64,000 nucleotides of DNA from contig CDMY01000117.1 of NCBI GenBank assembly GCA_001179505.1, forward strand, positions 1-64,000, in the 5' to 3' direction. Both the position numbers and the translations under genes were made by a program. Source of the DNA: Vitrella brassicaformis CCMP3155. Its lineage: Eukaryota > Protista > Chromerida. How positions within the stretch are numbered: position 1 is the first letter of the stretch; each line of letters starts with the position of its first letter. Under the pieces are notes generated by a model. It was not told where the DNA came from. It worked only from the letters and a program-made list of their open reading frames with translations, and did no database searches. Positions 23,394 through 34,974 of this stretch are shown in pieces.

Positions 23394-26300
23394 GGAGAGT
23401 GCCCTGATTGTATTGTGCCTATTAGATTGACCTAGAGGGTCTGACCGAGACTCTCGAGAAGGACCGCCTGGCGTCGGTGAGGGAGCTGGAGCGACGCCTG
23501 CAGGAGGCAACCGACGCACACACACGGACGCGCGACAGACTACAGGCTGACTTGGACAAAGCCACCGCCGACACAGAGGTATGCCGCGTCACTGTGGAGG
23601 TCATCCATCCATCCATATGTGCATGGCAGAGCCTGGAGAGCCGAGTGACGAGTCTGCAGGATGAGCTGGCGACAGTGCGGGGCGTCCGGGGCTCGCTCGA
23701 AGACAAGATCCACCGGCTCGAAGCCGACCTCGCCGCAGCACAACACGCACTCGCACAGAAGGACATCGAACGAAGCCGGTACGTGACACAGACAGCAGAC
23801 AGCCGCATCGACACTCTGGAGTGTCTGCGTGGGTGTCTGTGTGTTGCCTGTGTGTCAGTGACGACGAGAGGGAGGGCCGGTTGGCGCATGAGGAGGTGCA
23901 GGCGCTGAGGAGACAGCTCACGCAGCGGGAGGAGGACAAGAGACAGTGTGATCAGGTGAGGTGAACGATACGGAGGGACTGCACTGCATGGCTGAAGCGA
24001 ACAATACACACACACACACACATGGCTTCTCCCTAAATTGCCTGCAGGCGTGGCTGGCTAAGTATGAGTCGATGGTCCGCAGCCAGACCGACCTGGACTC
24101 GCGAAATCGGCAGATAGCACAGGAACTCCAAGTACACAAACACACAACACCTCCCGCACAGCCACACACATAGAGACACACACACTCTCTCTCCCCTCTG
24201 TCCGTCTCCCAGGAAGCCCGGTCCCGCCTTGAGGCCGCCGTCGACGCCCAGCAGTCCATCGAGGTCACGCTGCACGGCACGGAGACCGATCTGCAGGCTG
24301 CCCGTCGTGAGTGCGAGTCGCTGCGTGCCCTCAACGGTCGGCAGGATGAGGTGATCGGGGCGCTTGAGAGGCGGCTGCGTGGCTATGAGGCGACTGACGA
24401 GGTGCTGGCCAGTGAGCTGCACACAGCCATGGAGACCAGGCTCAAGAAGGAACTCGATGACAACGTTTGTCAGGTGCAACACACACGGGACACACTGATG
24501 TCTGTGTCATGATAAAGTAGGTGCTCATCTGTGTGTGGTGTGTAGGTCCGTCGCGACTACGAGAAGCGTCTCGCATCGACGCAGTCTCAGCGAGACGGCC
24601 TGCAGCAGCAGCTCAAGACTCTCCAGGAAGCTGTGCAGATGCTCAAGCACCAGACGCAGACTCTCACACCTCCCCGGTCCACCTCTCCCCAGCCCCAGCC
24701 ACAGGCGGCCCCTCCCAACCCCCAACAACGCGCCGCATCTCTCCCACCCACAGCAAATATTCGCGCAGACCAGCCGCCCTCCAGCTACGGAGCATCATTC
24801 CATCGGAGCAGGGGTGTTGACGAGAGGAGGGAGAGGGAGAGGGAGATGGAGAGGGAGAAAGCGGCCGTCATCAAGGAGAAGGAGCGCGAGATAGACAGGC
24901 TCGGCAAGGAGCTGCGTGTGGCAGAGGCGCGCGTCAAGGAGATCGAGGGCGAGAAGGCGCAGAGGGACAAGGAGGGCAAGGACCGCCACACCCAGCTCAG
25001 GAGCAAGCTCGCCGCCCTCCAAAACGAGCTGGACCGCTTCATTTCAGCCGGTGAGACCGACATCCGGCAGAGGAAGATCCGCGATGAAGCCGACCGTGCG
25101 CTCAAGAGCCGAGAGGCCGAGTTTGCGGAGCGGCTCAAGTCCGAGAAGCAGCAGCTGGTTCGGGAGCACCAGCAGCGCATCAAGAAGGCCAAACAGGAGG
25201 CGGAGGAGACCGTCAGGGCCATGCAGAGGGACAAGGAGAAGGCCGAGGCCGACCGGATGGCGCTCTTCGAGCGGACCGTCGACGGCCTTGTGGACGTCTT
25301 CGACACAGCACGCGACCACCTGACGGCCATCACAGCCGCCGACTCATCCGCAGCAGGGACGTCCGATGACAGTGTCCCATCCTCCTCCTCTCCCCGTCTG
25401 CTGCTCTCCCGCCGCCCATCCCCTCTCCGGTCATCGATCGGTGCCCGGGCCCCCGCGCCATTCCATCGGCTGCTGCCCGCAGACGGCTCACCCAAGATGC
25501 TCCGATGGTCACTCGTCCACCTTACCTCCGCACATCGAGACAGGAAGGCTCGCAGCAGCGGCAACAGCAGCAGCAGTGGGAGGGCCGAGAGTCCCTTCAG
25601 TAGCATGACGGACGACGAGCTGCGGCGCGTGCGGCCGGTGCTGGAGCTGGTGCGCCAGCTGGTGCTGGTGGCGATGGGTGAGGGAATGCGCTGGGCGATG
25701 CCGCTGTGGCGGGGGAGGGTCGCGGCCTACCGGGCCATGCTGAGGTTCCACCGGAACGTCGCACACAGGAGACTTAGGAGGGAACGGCAGAAGGTGCGTA
25801 CACACGGGGTGGGAAGGTGGACAGATGTCTTCTGCTATGTGTGTGGTGTGTTGATTGATGCAGCACGGCCCGCCCCTTTCCTCCGGTGGCCGTGTGGGCG
25901 TCCTGGACACCTCCCCGCCCTCACACAGCCCCTTCCGTGGCCTCTCCCCATCCCGTGGTCTCTCCCCCCCTGCCATCATCACGGAACAGCCGCGCCAGCC
26001 CCCCCAGCCAACCACCCCCCCACACGCCACCCCACCACCCCTTCTCTCGGTCAAGCGGCGAGAGCCCGATCAGACCTTCACCTTTGCCCGGTCCAAGACT
26101 CCCCCCGTCAGCCGGTCACCGAAGCGGGTACACACGAGCGGCCGCACGAGCGACCCTGGGTCAAGATCGCCTATTCGTCGTGACGGCGCACACACAGTGA
26201 CAGTGGCATCGCTGGGACCGAGCGTGTTGCAGAGGGTGGTGGGGCTGCAGGCCGAGAGGGTGGTGCGGGAGGTGCAGAGAGGGAGGGAGGAGGCCATACG

Positions 26301-26430
26301 GAGATGTGTGAGGGCCGATGTTCGGTCGCTGCCGCGGTCCCGGACCCCCCCGTTGCGTGAGAGGGAATCCGTGCCGATGCACATGGTGTCCAAGAGCCGC
26401 CTGGCGCCACGGGGCAAGAGCGTCGGGTGA
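17548..26430 (+). CDS. Giant multi-exon coiled-coil protein, on the order of 2,000 aa; possibly centrosomal or cytoskeletal
   Basis: About 20 GT-AG-bounded exons with continuous E/Q/R/L heptad-rich translation, for example ENDRLKKCNNGLQEELLSLRKIQ and ESLRALNGRQDEVIGALERRL. There is a central S/T/P-rich QT-motif region. The stop is at 26428-26430 (RGKSVG*). No family could be assigned. Confidence 0.75.
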
Positions 26431-26912
26431 CTGGCGATCGATATATGTGTTGGTTCCTTTTCGTATGTACATTCATTTGATACGCACGTACAGCGCTCCA
26501 GCTTTTTGTAGGGGGGTTGGCTGGCTGACGTGAACGTACATGTGTCCGCTTGTGTGTATAGCTAGATGCATGGGTCATGTACAGGCAGACAGACAGACAG
26601 ACAGACAGACATGGAGCGATGGCGCGACGCCAGATGGCGGCGAGAATTGAGATTCTCGACGTCGAGACGCCTAATTTTACATTACTTCTTAAGCGTGCGT
26701 CATTTCTTGATGTTCGTCCTTTGTTGCCGCTCCCTGCAGCCCGCTCTCCTTCCCCCTCACCCATTGCACCGTCACCTACTACCAGCTCACCCGCCGCAGA
26801 ATGGCCTAGAGCCCACTCGAGCCCACCGACCTCCGCCGCAGCATCGCTCTTAAAACATCTGGCGGAGGATGACGAGTGGCGGCTGCTACTGGTGACGGCC
26901 GACATGTTAGGC
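26410..26912 (+). repeat. Repeat A, second copy; overlaps the last codons and 3' flank of the coiled-coil gene
   Basis: Reverse complement of 14777..15281. Confidence 0.95.
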
Positions 26913-28870
26913 GACGGGATAGACTTCCGTCGTGTGCTCTCGTTCGTCAGGCGAACGCGCCAGTGAGAGAGATGTCAGCAGCGAGCAACACTGCATCAGC
27001 AGCGGCCTCAGAGCCACACGAGGGAGGCGGATCAGCCGCGGCTCCCACTGGTGACGGCGGACATGTTTGGCATGGCCCATCGCCCAAGTGGCCAAGCAGA
27101 GCGGCAACAGCTTTGTTTCAGGAGGGAGTTCGAGGGGAAGGAGGCCGCACTTCATTGAAGATGGTCGCCATCACGCGCAACAGCAAACGGCAGCATCAAG
27201 AAGGCCTGCCACACGCAGGTGCGGTCCCTGCAGGCCGAGCTGCGCCACCGTCATGGGCCTCGGAGCGCCGGCCGTCTTCAGGAAGATGAGGGGCGAGGAG
27301 GTGCAGTTTGAAAAGCAGTGTACCTTCATTGCCATGCCGTGGCTGAAGAGTAAGTGTGCAGAAAGAATCATGAGAAGAAGGCCTTATTCGTGGTGGAATT
27401 TGTCCTCTCTGTGTGTTTTGTCCACAGTTGGTGTGCCGCGGGAGGGCGGCACGCATTGCGACGTGTACAACTTCCCTGACAACAGGCCGCCGACGCCATC
27501 TACGAGGTGTCGATGGCCGTCCGCAGCGCAGGGCTCTTCACGCTCGGACACATGTCCTGCGCGTCGGCCCACACCTACGCCATCGACAACCTCAATAAGG
27601 ACGTGTTGCTCAGCTGGGAAGCCCTGCAAGAGGCGGCCACGTTCCGCTCGGTGTTCCCCCCTCCCCGTCCCTGAAGAGGTGGGTGGGTACATCTGCGCCT
27701 TGCCACGCCACACGCGTTTATTTGTCTTTGTCTAACAGCAGTTGCGGCACCTGAGCCACAGTCAGGTGCTGCAGCTCGTGAACCAACTCGACGAGAGCGG
27801 CCGCAACATGCTCATGCAGATACGGTGGCCCTGAGCCACAATCAGCTGCTGGAGCTCGTGAACCAGCTCAGCGAGGAAGGCCGCGAGATGCTCATGAACC
27901 GCATCTTAGAGGAAGGGTTGGGTGGTGAGGACCGACGCGAGCATGAGGAGCCTCACGCACACAGTCGGCGACACGGAGGTCAGAATGGAGGAATGCTGAC
28001 TGACGTCACAATGCGTCAACGAATTTTTCGCTGTCTGTTTCCGTCACATGTCTGTATGCAGCCGCCGACTCTCCCCACAGCGAGGCCGGCTGAGGCGGAC
28101 ACACCCGTCAGACGTGTCGAGCTCTCCATCGACACCGGACGACCAGGTACCTCAACCAACACATGGCACTCTCGTGCTGCCAATACATACGCTGCTCTAT
28201 GTGTGTCCGTGTATATATGGTGCGCCTTCAGGTGAGCGGGTCGACCAACGTCCTGGCCACTGCTGGGGATGTGAGCGCGGTGGGAGAGCGGACGGCTTAC
28301 CATCGCAGCCCCGGCAGCTCAACGACCGACGAGGCTGTGCCTTCGTGGGGATCGCCAAGATTTGGCCAGTGTATGGGCGGGCCCACAAGCCATCGCTGCC
28401 TCCATTTTATATCACGATGTCTCTTTGGCTCTTGTGCATGGCAACCGACCGACCTCTGTCTGTGTGTGTGTGAATGTGTGTGTGTTGCGTCTCCACTCTT
28501 GAGCAAAAAGCAAGACTCCGACTTCTTTGTGTATGCGTGTGTGTGAGCAAATCGATCAACCAACCAGCTGTACACGGGACGGATAAAGTGCATCCAAACG
28601 CAGTGGTCTGCAATACAGTGAGCCACGGCCATACACACACACACACACACGAAGCGTTTCAGTCCACACTAGCTGATCCACCTCCACAGACTCTCGATGC
28701 AGATCGCATCTCCAGAGGTCCACATCTCGTGCATGTCCGACAACAATCGCACCAATGTGGCCATCGATTCCACCGATGGCCAAAGGGATGCGATCGCTGA
28801 GGGACACGTCCGAAATGTAACCACCGAGGGGCGCTCCAACCAATACCAGCTGTCAGCTGCATAATACGGT
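26860..28870 (+). pseudogene. Chimeric pseudogene: kinase N-lobe fragments (repeat B), a tandem 27-aa helical repeat, repeat C and a possible terminal exon
   Basis: GEGGRTSLKMVAIT (Gly-loop/VAIK-like) is followed by repeat B, which stops at 27672 (FPPPRP*). Direct repeats LSHSQVLQLVNQLDESGRNMLMQI and LSHNQLLELVNQLSEEGREMLMNRI lie at about 27751 and 27831, 80 nt apart and so out of frame. Multiple stops are present. Confidence 0.6.
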
Positions 28871-28929
28871 GTCTACCTTGGCACATACACACTCAACACA
28901 CACCCTTTTCTCCCGTCCGCTGGCCTGGC

Positions 28930-31900
28930 CTACCCCCGCCCCCCTCCACCTCCGCCACCGCCCCCTCCATATCCGCTGCCCTGCGGAAACCCCCTTGGCA
29001 CCTGCTGTAGCGCCCTCTGCGCAGCCATCATCCTGGACAGATCCTGCTGCTGCTGCTGGTACTGCTGCTGGTGCTGCTGCTGGTGCGGCATGGCCATCTT
29101 GGCCATCTGCTGCTGGAGCTGCTGCATGTGGTATGCTGCAAAAGGGGCGCTCATCGGCTGCCGGGAGAGCTGCCCGGATACCGGCATTGTGGGGGGCATC
29201 GGGACCATCTGGGGGTACACCCGGCCGTGGCCGCCCATGACGGCGGGGGCATAGGGGATTGGGGGTGGTGCCCCCGAGCGGCGGGCGCCTGCGAGATCAT
29301 GCATCAGAGAGGGCATGGCAGGCGGTGATGGCCTGAAGGGCTGCTCGACTTTCTTCTTCTTGGCCCGCAGCTGGTCGGCCTCCTCGCCGGGTGGGCTTGG
29401 GGTGCCTGACGGCGGGGGGCTCCGCTTCTTGGTTGGCTTGCGGGGTGCCGGCATGGGCCGCTGGAACTGCATGGCGTCCATCAGGGGGCGCCTCAGCATC
29501 TCTGCACGAAGCTGCTGAGCGTGGCTGGGGGGGCGGACGTTGATCTGAAAGAGAATCTTCTGCCTGTGGATGGACGGAGAAGGGGAGAATGGAGTTGCCT
29601 GTCAGTCTGTCAGTCAGTCTGTCTGTCTGTCGTTCCTCCCATTCTCACTTGATGACTGGTGGGAGCTTTTTGCCTTTGCCGATGTCGATGAAGGCCCGCA
29701 GGTCGGCCAGCTGCCACGACATCCACTCCCTGTCCAGCAACCGGTTCGTGCGGGACACCTGTCCACATGAAGCACAGACACACAGCCATGCACATCACAT
29801 CACATCACATTCACACAGCCGCCACCCCCACTCCACTCCACTCTTTTCGCTCACATTCGACTCGGTCTTCTCGAGTTTTTCCGCCGTAGTGAGCTTGCGC
29901 CCAGCGCCCTCGCCCTCCCCCTGTCGCCTCTCAGCTGAGGTGGGCGACTCCCCCTCACCCGATGGGCCGCCCTCCGCACCCTTGTCGGCCTTGTCGGGCT
30001 GACCAGAAGGAGACGAGCGCGGCCATGAGGAAAAGTGCTGGGTGGCTCTTTGCCTTTGTCAGGTCATTTCGCTCACCCCGAACAGGTCGTCGTCCGATCC
30101 GATGCCGAGTGCTTTCCGCAGGGCCTCGTTGGCCGTGTCACTCGACGCCTTTGCCTTCTCAAGCACCTCAGTAGCCTTGGCCTACACCAGAACACACGCG
30201 CACACACAGAAGAGATAGATGGTCTGAGACAATGTATGTCCTCATGTGACGATGTGTCCGACAGCACCGTTTCAGCGATTCTCGGGGATGGCTCCTGCTC
30301 GTTTTCCTTTGGCTTTGGGGGCTCCTCCGGTGGCGGCTCGTCGCCGCCGCCCTCCTTCTTTTTCTTCTTGGACGCCTTGGCCTTGGCTTTGGCCTCAGCC
30401 TGCTCCTGCAGCATCACACGGCGCCGCTCATCGTCCTCGCGCATCCTCTGAACACACACACACACACACACTCCGGGGTGGCGGGTGGCGGTGGGCGTGC
30501 TCACCTTGACGTGTGCGTCCCTCCGCTTGGTGTCGAGCAGCTCCAGCTTCTTGAGCTCGCCATACGGGCCATACATCTGATGGACGACACACAACGCCAC
30601 TCACTCACCGGCTGGCCTTCCATTGGCTTCATGTACACACACAGTCAGCTCACCATCTTGACAGGCCAGCTGTTCTGCTGCAGTGCCCCAACGTCATCCT
30701 GGATGCGCACGTCGCCGTCGGGCAGCCGCCCCCTGACTTTGCTGAGCTCCTTAGGGCCGGCGCGTGTGCCGGTGCGGGCGCGCTTGAAGAACTCCAGATC
30801 CTCCGACACCACCCTGGTGATTTGATTGACACACACACACACACACACACACACACGGGGTAAGTCGGCTGCGTGCGTGTGCGTGTGTGGATGGAGGTGC
30901 GTGCCTGAGGAAGTCGAGTGTGGTCTCCATGGCTGTGGTTACGGCGTCGGGCTTGATGTCCCTGACCCCATATTTGCTCCCGATGACCTTCATCTTGACC
31001 CCCAGGTCCTCCTTCAGGCTCGCATACGCATCGCGCCTCTGCCGGGGAGCACCCGGCGCACCGGGTAGAGGGAACATGCGATCCCCCGCCGCCACAGCGC
31101 TGACGGCACTGAGAGCGTCGCCCAGGTCGCCGATGGGCTTGTTCTTCATGAGCCCCCCGGTCTGCTGCTGCAGGAGGGAGGAAGGTGCCTCTCGCTTGAT
31201 GGCCTGGGCGGCGAGCTGTGCTGAGGTCGGGGGAGGGGACGGCGAGGGGGAGGGGCGGGGTGGGTCGGTGCGCGGCAGAGGGGGGCCGGCTGGGGCGCCT
31301 GCACCGCTGCCTGAGGCAAACCTCTCCTTCACCTGCACAGAGACCAATTCAGAGTGCACCGTTCATGTGCGGAGCTGCGACGCTCCTTGCTGTCTGTCCT
31401 CTTGGCGACCTTCCAGACAAACTGCTCGTACTCTCCGGGTCGGTTCCTGAGCAGCTCAATGATGAGAAGCCCCAAGTAGCGCCCAACGGTTTGCATCTGA
31501 ACACATACACACATACGTACAGAATATGAACCTCCCAACGACACGACGTCCTCCCTCCCTCCCTCCCTCCGTCCTCCCTCCCTCCCTCTGTTCTCTTGTT
31601 CATTCAGCGCCCCCACCCACCTCACCTGTCCCGGGTCGGCCCTCCATTGGTCGTACTTGCGCAGGACAGGGGCGAGGCGCGTTTCGTACTGCTGCCGCAG
31701 CTCCGGCCACCTCTCCTTGTTCCACTCCTCCATCACACTCATGCACAGCTCAGGCCGCTGGACAAACACACTCGAGACCCTCACCTGTGGTGGACCATCA
31801 CCCTGCTGCTGCTGTGGCGGTCCTTGTGGCTGTGGCTGTGGCGCCTGCTGCTGCTGCTGCTGCCTCTGCGGGACGGGCGAGGGTCGCCGCATCACGTCTG

Positions 31901-32093
31901 CCGCAGCCATGCTGGACGGTCCTGGCTGCTGCTTGCCGCGCGCATCGAACGGCATGGCGCCTGGCCTGCTGGGTGCGCCCGTCTGCATCATCGGCTGTCG
32001 CTGTGTGGGCTGCTGGGAGGGCGGGCGGCCGCTGAGGCCCTGGGAGTGGCCCGTGTGGTACGGGTAATAGGGAGGGCGAGGTTGGGACGACAT
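28930..32093 (-). CDS. TAF4: TAF4-like TFIID subunit (histone-fold and C-terminal motifs), multi-exon
   Basis: KMKVIGSKYGVRDIKPDAV, ELKKLELLDTKRR...REDDERRRVML, TANEALRKALG and WQLADLRAFID occur in the same order as recalled TAF4 motifs RILEIGKKHGITELHPDVV, QLKFFEQLD...EQEREIL, ANLTALAAIG and VNLRDLIFCLE. The N- and C-termini are Q/P-rich. Confidence 0.6.
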
Positions 32094-32431
32094 CGTGTGC
32101 GTTGGTCAAGAGGGAGATCCGCTGGCGTTCGTGACGTCCGCTCTAGCGGTGCCTCAGCTTCGGGTCGTTTTTCATCTCCAGCTCCATGCCGCCAGCTGCT
32201 TCGAGATTATTCGAGATTCGGCAGATCTCTGCGGTCGAAGTCTTCCGATGGACGAGTGTGGCTTCCCTCAAGCCAAAGATGAACAGGATTTTTTGCGAGC
32301 CCATATGCATGGAATGTGTTTATACCCTACCCTACCCCCATTCAGCTCGCAGGAAATTTTTGGCTGTTGATTCGTTCGCTCGTTACCGGACACCGTAGTC
32401 CCGGCCCCTGAGGGCTGGAGAGGCGTTGAAG

Positions 32432-33157
32432 ATGCCGAGCAAGCGTCGTAACAACGGCCGTTCCAAGCATGGCCGCGGTCACACCTCCTTCATCCGCTGC
32501 TCCAACTGCGGGAGGGCCACACCCAAGGTGACTGAGGGGGGGGACACACACGACACACAGGGACGCAGGAGGGGGGAAGGGAGGAGGGAGGAAGGCCAGC
32601 GTGGCAACAGAGGGCGAGGTCAGCGAGTGAGGCCGGTTGAGGGCAGGGTGGCGACATGTCGACGAGTCAGGAGGGCGGCTGTGGATCAGGGGAGGGCAGG
32701 GAAGAGATCTGTCGGTCATCTGTCGGTGCACTTGGACCGCTCTGTTGTCTGTGCGCGTGTGTCTGTATGGTCATGTCTGCAGGACAAGGCTGTGAAGCGT
32801 TTCAACGTGCGCAACATCGTCGACGTGTCGTCCCAGCGTGACATCAAGGAGGCCTCCGTCTACGCAAGTAACACCACGAGACACACACACACGGAGAGAC
32901 CCAGACGCAGATATCTAGATCCACACACACATCCACTTCACTCCTCTTCCCCTGTGTGTGTGTGCGTCCTTCTCTGTGGCCATCGGTTGATTGCAGCGTA
33001 CAGCCTTCCGAAGCTGTACATCAAGCAGATGTATTGCATCAGCTGCGCCATCCACGCCCGTATCGTCCGTGTGCGCAGCTCCGAGCAGCGCAAGAACCGC
33101 GAGCCGCCCCCCAGGTTCGGGCAGCGGCCGCAGCAGGGCGGAGGAGGGCCCAGGTAG
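32432..33157 (+). CDS. RPS26: 40S ribosomal protein S26 (eS26); join(32432..32527, 32783..32867, 32997..33157)
   Basis: [17 protein letters not shown]...[25 protein letters not shown]...[27 protein letters not shown]...R...PPPRF. Two GT-AG introns. Confidence 0.98.
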   Translation: [241 protein letters not shown]

Positions 33158-34974
33158 ACGTAGACCTGACGTGTTGTGAGGCTCGCTCGGCTCGGCTGGG
33201 AGATGTGTGGGCGGTTTGCCCTCTCTCTGTGTCGAGTGCGTGGCGTGGAGTGGCGTGGGGTGATTTTCTTGCAATGATGCGTGAGAGGTGTGTGGGTGGG
33301 TGAGTGGATGGATGGATGGATGTGAGGATTCGGTCGAGCAGTGGGCCCATATGTGTGTGGACCCGACGTGTGTGAGGTGGTGTTTCAAGCAGCAAGTGTT
33401 CTTAATTGCGATGCTTGCCGTTCGTTCGTGTCCGAACACACAACAAGCAGCTTTACAGTCAGTCAGCCAGTCGCACGCACACGTCACCTGAGATGGAACC
33501 ACAGCCAGCTGAGATGCGCTCGAACCACACACTGCCTTGCGAGGAGCATCGGTATCGCCCGTCAGGTCTGAACATTTTGCGCTTGACGGTTGACGCAGAC
33601 GCCACAGGCAACGGTGGGTGCAGCCAAGCAACATCGATGACTGCCGGCAGTAAGTACTGAGGATAACACGCATTCGCAGACACGATCAGTGGTCCATCCA
33701 CCCACTCGCAATCCGCAACCCATGATGCACTCTCACCTCAAAACGCAGTCAGTCGGTCAGCCCGTCAGCCAGACAGACAGAGGGGTCGTTGGATATCCAG
33801 GTCATTGTTATTGTGAGAGAGAGATAGCGATAGAGAGGGAGACAGTGAGAGCATCTGCTGTCCTGCAGATCAGCCCTACACCACCCAGCCAACACCACAC
33901 CACACCACACCACACGAGCACACCACCCCCTTTGGTCGTGGGAAGCTGTCTTCTCGCGTCGGTGGAGTGTCTGTCTGTCTGTCAGTCTTGGTGCGCGGTG
34001 GGCGGCCTCGTATGTCACCATTCATTCTATCATACAATTAAAGCATTCATTCAGGCGTGCAGACAACACATACACACACACACACACAGGCAGAGGCAGG
34101 CAGGCAGGCAGGCAGACAGGCTAGGGGTGGTGACACGTCGAGAGGAAAGACCGATCGCTCCTCGATCAAAAATGGGCAGAGATGGATCGATAAAGAAGGC
34201 AGACAGGCAGGCACGCGACCACCTGGTTGTTGTCTGGACGTATTCACATGTCTGTCATGAATTCCACCATAGTATGTCGTCGCTGTCTCCACCCCTTGTG
34301 TTTTCAGATGTGTGTGGCTCCTGTGCCTGTCACCTGCCTTTCATAGCAGCATCCGTCACTGTTTGTGGGCAGTGAAGTGCTGCTAGGCCAAGACAGAAGA
34401 CAGGAGCAGATACCACACGCAATCGAAACACACTTATCGATCCCGTACAGGTAGGTGTGCTGCATTGCCCCGGCTCTCTACTCAGACGCCCCCGACGACC
34501 TTTCTCGCCCCTCATGCGTCGAAACAGAGAGACGAGGGAGGTCATCGAGCACCTCACAGTAGAGACGCCCGAGCTGTGCCCACACACCCAAGCCCAATAT
34601 CGACACCCACAGCGATGGTCCATCCTCACGGCTAGCCTGGCCCCTCACGCCACGCAGAGACGGATCTGATCGGAATGGATAGATGTATACGGTCAGCCAA
34701 AACGGTCAGATAGCGAGCGGGCCAGAAGGAAAAAGTAGGCAGACAGACAGATGACTTCTGTGCGGGCGGCGCGCGGACAAAAATCTGTCCCGGCTATCTG
34801 ACGCCCCCGCCCCCAGGGCGGCACACACGGAGTCAGCGAGAATGAAAGCAAAACAGACGGACGGACGGACGGAGGGACAGGCGTGATGGCAGTCGGTAAG
34901 CCGCACGTGGGGGGGACATTTGTATGCATGCATGTGAATGGTCGTCACTCAGTAAGTAGCCAGTAGTAGGTAAG

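Noticed and set aside
24785-25606. Long opposite-strand ORFs overlapping real exons (also 4728..5246, 19169..19888 and 57055..57516)
   Set aside because: These are shadow ORFs caused by high GC and the codon bias of the true strand.
14777-26912. Repeat A copies as terminal inverted repeats of a DNA transposon carrying two genes
   Set aside because: There is no target-site duplication at the outer ends (gaccat vs gacggg), no transposase, and the repeat contains gene-terminal and promoter-like sequence. A segmental duplication fits better.
27455-27480. THCDVYNF as the kinase catalytic HxD loop
   Set aside because: It sits right after the hinge (FIAMPWL), where helix D is expected. YDNKIDV has the correct spacing to the DFG-like and APE-like motifs.
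33460-34630. Possible minus-strand exon fragments between RPS26 and the RING gene
   Set aside because: There are isolated splice-like signals but no consistent spliced reading frame.
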